Shown: positions 17,123-24,935 of the stretch, piece after piece
Layout of the letters: the number at the start of each line of letters is the position of its first letter
Position numbering within the stretch: the first letter of the stretch is position 1
IMG/VR virus record: IMGVR_UViG_3300047272_000219
Location: 1 to 35,506 of that record
Strand: one strand, 5' to 3'
Source of the DNA: a virus
Taxonomy: Duplodnaviria > Caudoviricetes
Length of the DNA stretch: 35,506 bases
The notes under the pieces: model-generated
The model's database searches: none
Seen by the model: only the letters and a program-made list of their open reading frames with translations
Told to the model about the DNA's origin: nothing
Position numbers and translations under genes: made by a program

Positions 17123-17314
17123 ATGGAGGATGATTTGAGCCGCGAAGAGAAATGCTCAGACTGCATATTTTTTGTGCAGTCACCCAGTGGGCTGCATGGT
17201 TACTGCAAGCGATACCCTCCCGTGTTCACGGGCGCTGATGAGCGCAACAGAGTTAAGTTCCATAATCCGGTGGTGAGTCCCTACAGCTTCTGTGGTGAAT
17301 TTGAGGAAATCTAA
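17123..17314 (+). CDS. Small Cys4 metal-binding protein
   Basis: CSDC...GYCKRYPP...FCGEF; TAAGGAG RBS. Confidence 0.7.
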   Translation: MEDDLSREEKCSDCIFFVQSPSGLHGYCKRYPPVFTGADERNRVKFHNPVVSPYSFCGEFEEI

Positions 17315-18064
17315 ATGCTGGCTCTAAAGATGGACACATCCGATCTGGATCGTAAGTTCAAGATGCTGCTTGAGATGCCCAAGACAATTGAGAAGGCTGT
17401 CGTTGGTGCGATGGCTGACACGGTGGATGATGTTCATAAGCGTCAGATTGACGAGATGGGTCTATCGTTCGCCAAAGTATCACCATACGTTAAGAAAGGT
17501 TTGGTCAAGGCTCTGCCCTATGGTCGTGATCGTCAGTTTGGCGGTAAGCGGCTGGGCCAGAGCCTTGCGAACTCTGGGACGTATTTCGAGGAGTTTCCCG
17601 CACGCGGATCGCCCAACGCCATTGTTCGGCCAAACGTCTTTGGTGGAACACGCGGTAAGAAGGCTTCTGAAAATCGTCTAAGGATGCAGGGTATTCTCCC
17701 AGCCGGGGGCTTCACGATCCAAGGCAATGACTATCCCAAAGGATCAGGCGGTAACATCAATGGCGCACGCTACAGCGAGATGCTAGCGGCGATTGGTGCG
17801 TTGTCTGAGACTGCACGGTCCCAGATGCCAAAGGGCAAGCAGAAGAACCGCAAGAACGTCAGCTTCTTCGTCCTACGCCGTGGGGGCGCACCTATCGGCA
17901 TCGCAGAGCGCCGTGGAAACGATGTGAAGGTAATGCTTGCGTTCGCCAGAAACGTGAATTACAAACCCATATATCCCTTCCACAAGGTTGGCCGGGAGCA
18001 ATTAAATTATAGCCTACCAAGGCACTTTGACCGCATATTGAAACGCTATCTCGATAGGCTTTAA
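17315..18064 (+). CDS. Basic protein resembling neck / tail-completion (gpZ/HK97-gp10-like) proteins
   Basis: N- and C-terminal amphipathic helices, GGTRGKKASENRL and GNI motifs; family assignment inferred. Confidence 0.5.
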   Translation: MLALKMDTSDLDRKFKMLLEMPKTIEKAVVGAMADTVDDVHKRQIDEMGLSFAKVSPYVKKGLVKALPYGRDRQFGGKRLGQSLANSGTYFEEFPARGSPNAIVRPNVFGGTRGKKASENRLRMQGILPAGGFTIQGNDYPKGSGGNINGARYSEMLAAIGALSETARSQMPKGKQKNRKNVSFFVLRRGGAPIGIAERRGNDVKVMLAFARNVNYKPIYPFHKVGREQLNYSLPRHFDRILKRYLDRL

Positions 18065-18065
18065 C

Positions 18066-18263
18066 ATGAATGATAATATGGAGCATGAAGGGCCAAAGCA
18101 TTTGTTTGCTGCGGCTCTGCTTAACGATCTGATGGTTATCTTGGATAACGCAGCAAAGCGCGGCCTCGATCCGCTTGATGAGGATGGTGTGCCGATCTAC
18201 GGTTTTTCGTATTGGTCTGGAGAGTGCGCGAAGGCGCTGGGCGTAAAGAAAATTGTTCCATAA
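18066..18263 (+). CDS. Hypothetical protein
   Basis: 65-aa ORF directly following the previous gene. Confidence 0.55.
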   Translation: MNDNMEHEGPKHLFAAALLNDLMVILDNAAKRGLDPLDEDGVPIYGFSYWSGECAKALGVKKIVP

Positions 18264-18430
18264 ATCGTATGGGGGTAGCCCCGCCCCGCCCCCGCCGCAC
18301 CCCTAAATTTTGGCCCATAAATCGTATGGGGGGCAGCGATGCCTCGTAAATCGTATGGGGGTAATTTTCTTGCGCAAATTCGCAACATTCGGTCGCGCAA
18401 TAATATTACTTTGACTCGCAATAATATTGC
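18258..18430. repeat. Non-coding repeat cluster
   Basis: TAAATCGTATGGGGG x3 (18261, 18318, 18347), C-run tract 18279-18303, CGCAATAATATT x2 (18396, 18417). Confidence 0.9.
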
Positions 18431-18473
18431 TTTAGTCCATGTCTGATTATGCCCCATATATATAAAGCCAAAA

Positions 18474-18553
18474 ACGGCCATTGGCCGCGCTTTGAAAATT
18501 ATTTTCTCCCCGATGTATTTTTTTATTGACGCGACCAATGGCCGTGCTATTGG
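18474..18553 (+). promoter_or_regulatory. Early sigma70-like promoter with paired operator-like palindromes
   Basis: T-rich UP element, TTGACG(18526)-N16-TATTGG; ACGGCCATTGGCCGCG (18474) has a 1-mismatch inverted copy at 18530-18545. Confidence 0.65.
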
Positions 18554-18587
18554 GGCGTTACTGAAACTGAAAATAAGGATTTATCTA

Positions 18588-18755
18588 ATGTCTAACGTAA
18601 CTTTTGGCTTTATCGTGTTTCTTGTAAGCATCACCATTTTTACGGTTATGCTTGTCGGTGGCGCGGCTCTTTTTTCCGGGCATGTTGCGCTTGCTATATT
18701 GCTTGTTTGCATGTTCGGCATGGGCACTGGCGTTTCAATGATTGAACGCAATTGA
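18588..18755 (+). CDS. Small two-TM membrane protein (55 aa)
   Basis: TAAGGA RBS, ATG at 18588, almost entirely hydrophobic. Confidence 0.65.
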   Translation: MSNVTFGFIVFLVSITIFTVMLVGGAALFSGHVALAILLVCMFGMGTGVSMIERN

Positions 18756-18781
18756 TTAACTTTTCTAACATTAAGGAATAA

Positions 18782-19144
18782 ATGAAAATGACAGAACAGG
18801 AAATTTGGAACAGTGACCAATGCGTTACCGACGTTTTAGGTTTTATAGGAACGGTTCCACATTGGATAGATCAAGACATTGGCATTTCAACTGTGGCATC
18901 TATCATGCAAGGCGGATGCAATAGTGGCGCGTATATGCCTGCCGTTACATATTACCGGGCATTGGCCATTATGGGCAATTATGGCGATGATGTGCTTGAT
19001 TACATTCAACAGCAGCTTGGCGAAACACCAGCCCCAAGCGCTGGTGAGTCATGGGGCGGAATGGCTTGCCATTATCTATCATTGGCTGTGGAGTTATGGG
19101 CTGGTAATATTTACTATCAATTGGAGTCATTAGACGATGAATAA
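18782..19144 (+). CDS. Acidic early protein, candidate Ocr-like DNA mimic
   Basis: TAAGGA RBS; 16 D/E versus 2 K/R; PAVTYY and VELW loosely recall T7 Ocr. Function is inference. Confidence 0.55.
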   Translation: MKMTEQEIWNSDQCVTDVLGFIGTVPHWIDQDIGISTVASIMQGGCNSGAYMPAVTYYRALAIMGNYGDDVLDYIQQQLGETPAPSAGESWGGMACHYLSLAVELWAGNIYYQLESLDDE

Positions 19145-19322
19145 GTTGCATTTGCCAGTTGGCTATCGCGCCTATAATGGGCACATATTCACAAAATCAG
19201 ACTGTGAATTTTACAACAGATATACCGACGATGTAGAACGCAATAGAAACTATCCATCCGGATTAGAGCGCTGTTTAGATCGACGCAATAAAGCATTTAA
19301 AATCATTATAGGACATTCATGA
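19137..19322 (+). CDS. Hypothetical early protein
   Basis: Overlapping operon arrangement, GGAG RBS. Confidence 0.6.
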   Translation: MNKLHLPVGYRAYNGHIFTKSDCEFYNRYTDDVERNRNYPSGLERCLDRRNKAFKIIIGHS

Positions 19323-19323
19323 T

Positions 19324-19629
19324 ATGACATATACAAAAGAACCTTGGCACATATGCAATGTAACTGGCAGGGGTTTGCGCCTTATTAGGGATGCAAACGG
19401 CTATTGCGTGGCAGAGGCGGTGAAACCCGCGAATAGTGGCGCGGCATATATTGATGCCGATGCTAATGCGGCCTTGATCTCTGCCGCGCCGGACATGCTG
19501 TCTGCGCTTGAAACTATTGTTTCAAACTATCCCTATTGGGCGAGCAAAATACAAATGAAAGAGATAGACAATGTTGCAATTGCAATGGCCAAGGCCGCAA
19601 TAGCTAAGGCAAGGGGAGAGCTTGCATGA
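19324..19629 (+). CDS. Hypothetical early protein of the common 'T..PW...ANA.LI.AAP' phage family
   Basis: YTKEPW...ANAALISAAPDMLSALE...AIAKARGE. Confidence 0.75.
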   Translation: MTYTKEPWHICNVTGRGLRLIRDANGYCVAEAVKPANSGAAYIDADANAALISAAPDMLSALETIVSNYPYWASKIQMKEIDNVAIAMAKAAIAKARGELA

Positions 19630-19772
19630 AATCATATTGGTATTTTGGTGAGCTTATAAGCCGAAACGCAAATCCCTATGGCCTAATGTGGCAATGCCAT
19701 TGCGACGGGTCATTTATCTATGCCGATACGCTGGCAGGCATTAAACAGTTAATCCGGGAGACATTGGCATGA
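19626..19772 (+). CDS. Small protein (48 aa, ...ADTLAGIKQLIRE), not in ORF track
   Basis: Manual translation; ATGA-coupled at both ends; GGAG RBS. Confidence 0.65.
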   Translation: MKSYWYFGELISRNANPYGLMWQCHCDGSFIYADTLAGIKQLIRETLA

Positions 19773-19921
19773 ATGTAAGAGCTTGGCGCAAATCCCGCGC
19801 ATTGACCCAAGAACAAGCTGCGCAACTGCTGGCCATATCGCCTAGGCATTACCAGCGCGTTGAAGCTGGCCATAGGCCAATCACACCAATGATCGAACGG
19901 CTTTTGGAGTTGAACCAATGA
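19769..19921 (+). CDS. XRE-family HTH protein (50 aa), not in ORF track
   Basis: MNVRAWRKSRALTQEQAAQLLAISPRHYQRVEAGHRPI matches the Cro/XRE pattern; ATGA-coupled. Confidence 0.85.
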   Translation: MNVRAWRKSRALTQEQAAQLLAISPRHYQRVEAGHRPITPMIERLLELNQ

Positions 19922-20130
19922 AACAGATTAGATTGAAGCAAATCACGAATAAATGTGGCGATATAGGTTTGATGGAATATGCCTGTCATCCGTCATTAGA
20001 CAAGCGCATATTCCGTGAATGGAATGGCGGAATGGAATGGACATATGAAAAACAATTTGCTGCCAATGGCTGGAACAACAGGACATATGGCAGCGTATTC
20101 AAACCTAGTGATTTTGTGATCACCACATAG
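19918..20130 (+). CDS. Hypothetical early protein
   Basis: ATGA-coupled, GGAG RBS, last gene before a terminator. Confidence 0.6.
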   Translation: MKQIRLKQITNKCGDIGLMEYACHPSLDKRIFREWNGGMEWTYEKQFAANGWNNRTYGSVFKPSDFVITT

Positions 20131-20152
20131 TCGCTACCACATAAACAAATGG

Positions 20153-20179
20153 ACCCGGCCATAGTGCCGGGTTTTTTTT
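20153..20179 (+). terminator. Intrinsic terminator of the early operon
   Basis: ACCCGGC-CATAGT-GCCGGGT followed by a T-tract. Confidence 0.9.
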
Positions 20180-20363
20180 GTGCCTATTGCATAGGCATTG
20201 CCCGCCATTGCGCGGGCCTTTGGCGCTTGCCCATAGACGCCCATATAAGCCGTTTGAGCCTATGCCATTGCCATTGGCTATATGGGTAGCAGGGGCCGTC
20301 ATATCGACGCCCTAGCGGCGCTCTGTGGCGCTCTGTGGCATATGCCAGCGCGTTACAGAAAAC

Positions 20364-20407
20364 GGGTCCTATGGGGCATATTGCCGCTGCGGGTGATTAG
20401 GACCCCA
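20364..20407 (+). other. Candidate cos site (cosQ + cosN)
   Basis: GGGTCCT (identical to lambda cosQ) about 22 nt before GG-GTGATTAGGACC-CC, about 170 bp upstream of terS; the terminase is lambda-type. Confidence 0.55.
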
Positions 20408-20572
20408 ATTGATTTCAAGAGAGAGCAATTTCCAAACCTATTCTTGAAATATTGTTGCGCAGATTGGGGCTAGACACGCAAAGCCGTTGGTGTCACAATG
20501 CCAAAACGAAGCCGTAAGTCCGGTTTCAAGCGAGTGATAAAATAATATTTTTATGGGAATTTAGGAACCATT

Positions 20573-21013
20573 GTGACAGCACAACAGCGCAAACCCACAA
20601 CTGGCGGCGTAATTATCGGCTCATCTTATGACGAGGCTCGGACACGCAAGGTTAATGCCGAAGCGGAGATCGCAGAACTCGAACTGGCGAAGATACGCGG
20701 CACGCTCTGCATGACGGACGATGTGGTTAAGGCGTGGGAGAGTGTTCTGCACGCTTGCAAGGCCAAATTCCTGTCGCTGCCCACCAAGGTCGCACCTGTT
20801 GTGGCGAACGAGAGCGATGTGGCGAAGGTCAAGGACTTTTTGGAGAGCGCGGTCCGCGAGGCGCTCATGGAACTGTCGAACTACCAGCCGGAGATTGACC
20901 CTGTGCGGACTGGCAGTGGCGCTGTCGAAAATGACCCCAGCGGTGAAGAGGAAGCGCCAAAGCCCAAGCGCAAAGTTGGTCGCCCGAAGAAGGGTCGAAC
21001 GATAATCGTATGA
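20573..21013 (+). CDS. terS: Terminase small subunit (Nu1-like oligomerisation part)
   Basis: YDEARTRK..AEAEIAELELAKIRGTL...LSLP; ATGA-coupled to terL. Confidence 0.8.
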   Translation: MTAQQRKPTTGGVIIGSSYDEARTRKVNAEAEIAELELAKIRGTLCMTDDVVKAWESVLHACKAKFLSLPTKVAPVVANESDVAKVKDFLESAVREALMELSNYQPEIDPVRTGSGAVENDPSGEEEAPKPKRKVGRPKKGRTIIV

Positions 21014-22866
21014 TCGAACAAGCCACCAGACAGAACGCACTGGAGCAAATGGCTAAGGCCATGAAGCAGATGACGCCGCCTCCACGCATGAGTGTGGCGC
21101 AATGGGCGGATCACGAACGGCGGCTGGACTCGCAGAGCAGTGCGGAGCCGGGTCGGTGGATTACATCCAGAGCAGAGTATCAGCGCGGCATCATGGACGC
21201 TTGCTCTGACCCACTGGTCAAAGAGGTGGTGGTTATGTGCGGTGCGCAGCTTGGCAAGTCTGAGATGCTGCTCAACACCATTGGCTACCACATGGCGCAT
21301 GACCCAGCGCCGATCTTGATGATGCAACCGACTGTGGACATGGCCCAGTCGTTCTCGAAGGACCGCGTGACAGCGGGTCTTCTCCGTTCAACCCCTTGCC
21401 TTCGGGACAAGGTCAAAGACAGTAAGGCTAAAGATGCAAACAACACTACGCTTCATAAAGTTTTTCCCGGTGGCGCTCTTTCTCTGGTCGGTGCTAATTC
21501 TCCTAGTTCCCTTGCTTCTCGTCCGATTCGTGTTGTTCTTTGCGATGAAGTTGATCGATATCCTCCTTCTGCTGGCGAGGAAGGTGACCCTATATCTCTT
21601 GCCAAGCGACGGGCAGCTACCTTCTGGAACAGGAAGATCATTTTAGTATCGACGCCGACCAACAAGAACGCCAGCCGCATTGAGGCTGCGTATGAAGAAA
21701 GCGACCAGCGCAAGTTCATGGTTCCGTGCCACGACTGCGACCATTTGCAGGAAATGACTTGGGCTAACGTCAAATGGCATGACGATAATCCGCACACCGC
21801 CTTCTATTGCTGCTCTGAGTGCGGCTCTGTCTGGGGCGATGCGGAGCGGCGCAAGGCCGTGTCGAAGGGTGAGTGGGTTGCCAATAAGCCGTTCAACGGT
21901 GTGGCTGGCTTCCATCTCAATGCGCTTTACTCGCCGTGGTCGGTGCTGTCGGACGCGGTTGAGGAGTTTTTGGCCGCACGCAAAGACCCCATGCGCCTCA
22001 AGACCTTTGTCAACACCTTCTTTGGCGAGACTTGGGAGGATCAGGGCGAAGGTGTCGATGATTACGCCATCTCCAAGCGCAAAGAGGATTACGAAGGTAT
22101 CCCTGATGACGTTGTTGTCCTCACCTGTGGCGTTGACGTTCAAGATGACCGCTTAGAAGCTGAGATTGTCGGCTGGGGCGCTGGCGAAGAAAGCTGGCAA
22201 ATCGAGTATCATGTTCTGTATGGCGACCCATCCAGTCCTGCGCTGTGGGCAAAGCTGGACGAGATTATTCTGGCGACATACGAGCATCCAAGCGGTGAGC
22301 CTATGCTGATCCGCGCAACTTGCATTGACTCTGGCGGACACCACACCCGCGCTGTGTATAACTATGCCAAGACCAGAGCGGGGCACAGGGTCTTTGCCAT
22401 CAAGGGTGTTGGGGGCGAGGGTAAGCCCATTGTAGGACGGCCTTCGCGCAACAACATCGGAAAGATACCGCTTTACCCAATCGGCGTTGATACTGCGAAG
22501 GAATTGCATTACGCCAGACTGCGTATTGACGAGCCGGGTGGCGGATATTGCCACTTCCAAGCCAAGCGCGATGATGAGTATTTCCGCCAGCTAACGGCTG
22601 AAAAGCAAGTGGTTCGCTATCATAAGGGCTACCCCACAAGGGCGTGGATCAAGACGCGGACTCGAAATGAGGCACTTGACGTTCGAGTTTATGCGATTGC
22701 CGCTTTCCATATTCTCAATATTAATATAGATAGCATAGTCAATCGGTTTCATGCTACTATAAACCGTAGGACTGAGGCTCTTTCTGGGGCCGAAGATGTG
22801 AAGCCACACCCGCTGGCCTCAAGGAAAGGGCCAAAACGAGGTGGTTTTGCTAATAACTGGCGTTGA
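21010..22866 (+). CDS. terL: Terminase large subunit, lambda gpA family
   Basis: GAQLGKSE, CDEVDRY, VSTPT, CHDC/CSEC, GFHLNALYSPW, GVDVQ, IDSGG, RNEALD. Confidence 0.97.
   Translation: MIEQATRQNALEQMAKAMKQMTPPPRMSVAQWADHERRLDSQSSAEPGRWITSRAEYQRGIMDACSDPLVKEVVVMCGAQLGKSEMLLNTIGYHMAHDPAPILMMQPTVDMAQSFSKDRVTAGLLRSTPCLRDKVKDSKAKDANNTTLHKVFPGGALSLVGANSPSSLASRPIRVVLCDEVDRYPPSAGEEGDPISLAKRRAATFWNRKIILVSTPTNKNASRIEAAYEESDQRKFMVPCHDCDHLQEMTWANVKWHDDNPHTAFYCCSECGSVWGDAERRKAVSKGEWVANKPFNGVAGFHLNALYSPWSVLSDAVEEFLAARKDPMRLKTFVNTFFGETWEDQGEGVDDYAISKRKEDYEGIPDDVVVLTCGVDVQDDRLEAEIVGWGAGEESWQIEYHVLYGDPSSPALWAKLDEIILATYEHPSGEPMLIRATCIDSGGHHTRAVYNYAKTRAGHRVFAIKGVGGEGKPIVGRPSRNNIGKIPLYPIGVDTAKELHYARLRIDEPGGGYCHFQAKRDDEYFRQLTAEKQVVRYHKGYPTRAWIKTRTRNEALDVRVYAIAAFHILNINIDSIVNRFHATINRRTEALSGAEDVKPHPLASRKGPKRGGFANNWR
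21434..21646 (+). CDS. Putative overprinted membrane protein in the +1 frame of terL
   Basis: ATG with upstream TAAGG; 35 of 50 terL codons in 21451-21600 end in T versus 6 of 40 in 21241-21360; long hydrophobic product. Confidence 0.55.
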   Translation: MQTTLRFIKFFPVALFLWSVLILLVPLLLVRFVLFFAMKLIDILLLLARKVTLYLLPSDGQLPSGTGRSF

Positions 22867-22872
22867 GGGATA

Positions 22873-23460
22873 ATGGCAAACCTTTTTGATGAGAGCAATG
22901 CGCCAGAAGGCGAACCTCTGAAGATTGTCGTTGGCGACTTTCTCCAGTGGAAGAAAACGGAGCTTGCTGAAAGTTATCCCCCTGCCAGCTATTCGGCGGA
23001 GTATGTCGCTCGTGTAGCGTCGGGCCAGAGCGGTGAGATTAAGTTAGCGGCAACTGAGCGCACAGATTATTACCTGTTTCAAGCGACAAGCACTACCACT
23101 GCGGCTTTCGAGGCTGGTTTCTATCACTGGCAACTTGAGGTCACGCAGACATCTACGGGCAACCGTATTGTCGTAGAGCGTGGTGAGTTTGAGGCGATTG
23201 CCGACCTCGACAATAACGGCGCTGATCCCCGCACACATGCTGAGATTATGCTGGACAAGATTGAAGGTCTGCTTGTTGGCCGCGCTGACAAGGACGTTTC
23301 GTCTTACTCGATCCAAGGTCGTTCTATTTCTAAGATGACGATTTCTGACCTGTTGCTATGGCGCGACTATTACCGCAAAGAGGTTGTAAAAGAACGCCGC
23401 GATAATGCAATTGAATTGGGTAAACCCACCAAAACCACTATGAAGGTTCGGTTCCTATGA
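22873..23460 (+). CDS. Head completion protein (gpW-like C-terminus with extra N-terminal domain)
   Basis: Between terL and portal; SYSIQGRSISK..ISDL pattern. Confidence 0.75.
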   Translation: MANLFDESNAPEGEPLKIVVGDFLQWKKTELAESYPPASYSAEYVARVASGQSGEIKLAATERTDYYLFQATSTTTAAFEAGFYHWQLEVTQTSTGNRIVVERGEFEAIADLDNNGADPRTHAEIMLDKIEGLLVGRADKDVSSYSIQGRSISKMTISDLLLWRDYYRKEVVKERRDNAIELGKPTKTTMKVRFL

Positions 23461-24935
23461 GTCTTTGGCGCGAAGCATTTGGTCTGCCACCCAAGGCAAA
23501 GAACGCTGTCGTAAAGCGTTCCTACCACGCTGCTAACACGGGTCGGCTCTTTGCCGACTTCTTTGCGTCCAGTCGCAGCCCTGACAGCGAGTTAAAGCCT
23601 GACCTCGTAATTATGCGTAACCGCGCCCGTGCGCTTGCTCGTGATGACGTTTATGTCAAGCGTTACCTGACGCTGCTCAAGACCAACGTGGTTGGCGAAA
23701 AGGGCATGACGCTACAGGTCAAGGCCCGTAACACAGACAATTCACTGGATGTCATTGGCAACCAGATCGTTGAGGACGCTTGGTCGCAGTTCTCCATGAA
23801 GGGTAACTGCACATCTGATGGTCGCCTTAGCTGGATTGATTTGCAGAAATATGTGATGGAGGCCACTGCCCGTGATGGCGAGGCTTTCATTCAGATTGTT
23901 CGCAATCGCGCCTTTATCCACGGTATTGCTTTCCACCCAATTGAAGCCGACATGATCGACGAGATGAAGAACGAGCGTGCCAAGAATGGCCGCGAAATTC
24001 GCATGGGCATCGAACTTGACGAGTACCAACGCCCAGTTGCTTACTGGGTCAAGAAGCGCCACCCCGGCGATCTGGACTTTGCGACTTACACCGTCAACGT
24101 ATCTGAGCGTATTGACGCCAAGAACATGATCCACGTTTATGACCCGCTTCGCGCTGGTCAGACACGCGGTGAACCTTGGATGGCTCCGGCGATTGCGCAG
24201 TTGAAGATGTTGAACGCCCACCGTGAGGCTGAGTTGGTCGCTTCGCGTATGGCGGCGTCAAAAATGGGCTTCTTTACCTCTGACAATGGTGAAGACGCGC
24301 CAGCCGACGATTACGACAACGGCGTGCCGATCATCGATGCGGAACCCGGCACTTTCCATCAACTGCCCAACGGCGTTGACTTTAAGCCGTTCGATCCGAC
24401 CCACCCCGCCACAGCTTTCGCTGAGTTCCAGAAGGGTGTTCTGCGGGGCATCTCGTCTGCGCTGAACGTGTCTTACGCCTCGCTGTCGAACGATCTTGAA
24501 GGGACATCATATAGTTCCATCCGTCAGGGTGCACTCGAAGAGCGTGATGCCTACAAGATGATGCAGCAGTTCCTCATGGAGCATTTTGTCATCCCAGCTT
24601 ACTCTGCGTGGCTGATGCACATAATGGAGTTCGGCTATATTCCGATCCCAGCCTCTCGCTTTCCAAAGTTCTTCGCTGCATCGCACTTCCGTGCACGCGG
24701 CTGGCAGTGGGTCGATCCGCTGAAGGAAGTGAACGCGGCTGTTACCGCAATGCACAACGGCATTATGTCGATGCAAGATATTTCCGGTCAGTATGGCCGC
24801 GATATTGAAGAGACATTCAGCCAGTGGCAGCGTGATAAGGAGTTGGCTGACCAGTTTGGGCTTGAACTGGCGTTCTTCCCGTTTGGTGGCGATGCCAAGG
24901 CCAAAATTGCTGAGGAAGACCCTGATGCCGTATAA
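23457..24935 (+). CDS. Portal protein, lambda family
   Basis: RARALAR, NVVG, DGEAF, RAGQTRGEPW, SYSSIRQG, WQWVDPLKE. Confidence 0.95.
   Translation: MSLWREAFGLPPKAKNAVVKRSYHAANTGRLFADFFASSRSPDSELKPDLVIMRNRARALARDDVYVKRYLTLLKTNVVGEKGMTLQVKARNTDNSLDVIGNQIVEDAWSQFSMKGNCTSDGRLSWIDLQKYVMEATARDGEAFIQIVRNRAFIHGIAFHPIEADMIDEMKNERAKNGREIRMGIELDEYQRPVAYWVKKRHPGDLDFATYTVNVSERIDAKNMIHVYDPLRAGQTRGEPWMAPAIAQLKMLNAHREAELVASRMAASKMGFFTSDNGEDAPADDYDNGVPIIDAEPGTFHQLPNGVDFKPFDPTHPATAFAEFQKGVLRGISSALNVSYASLSNDLEGTSYSSIRQGALEERDAYKMMQQFLMEHFVIPAYSAWLMHIMEFGYIPIPASRFPKFFAASHFRARGWQWVDPLKEVNAAVTAMHNGIMSMQDISGQYGRDIEETFSQWQRDKELADQFGLELAFFPFGGDAKAKIAEEDPDAV

Noticed and set aside
18258-18361. Mini CRISPR array
   Set aside because: Repeats are only 15 bp with irregular gaps (42 and 14 bp), one of them low-complexity.
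20282-20473. 63-aa ORF across the candidate cos
   Set aside because: No RBS, follows a terminator, and overlaps repeats and the cos-like sequence.
24793-24924. N-terminal extension of the capsid ORF in the ORF track
   Set aside because: Overlaps 143 bp of the portal gene; ATG 24925 with an upstream GAGG fits better.
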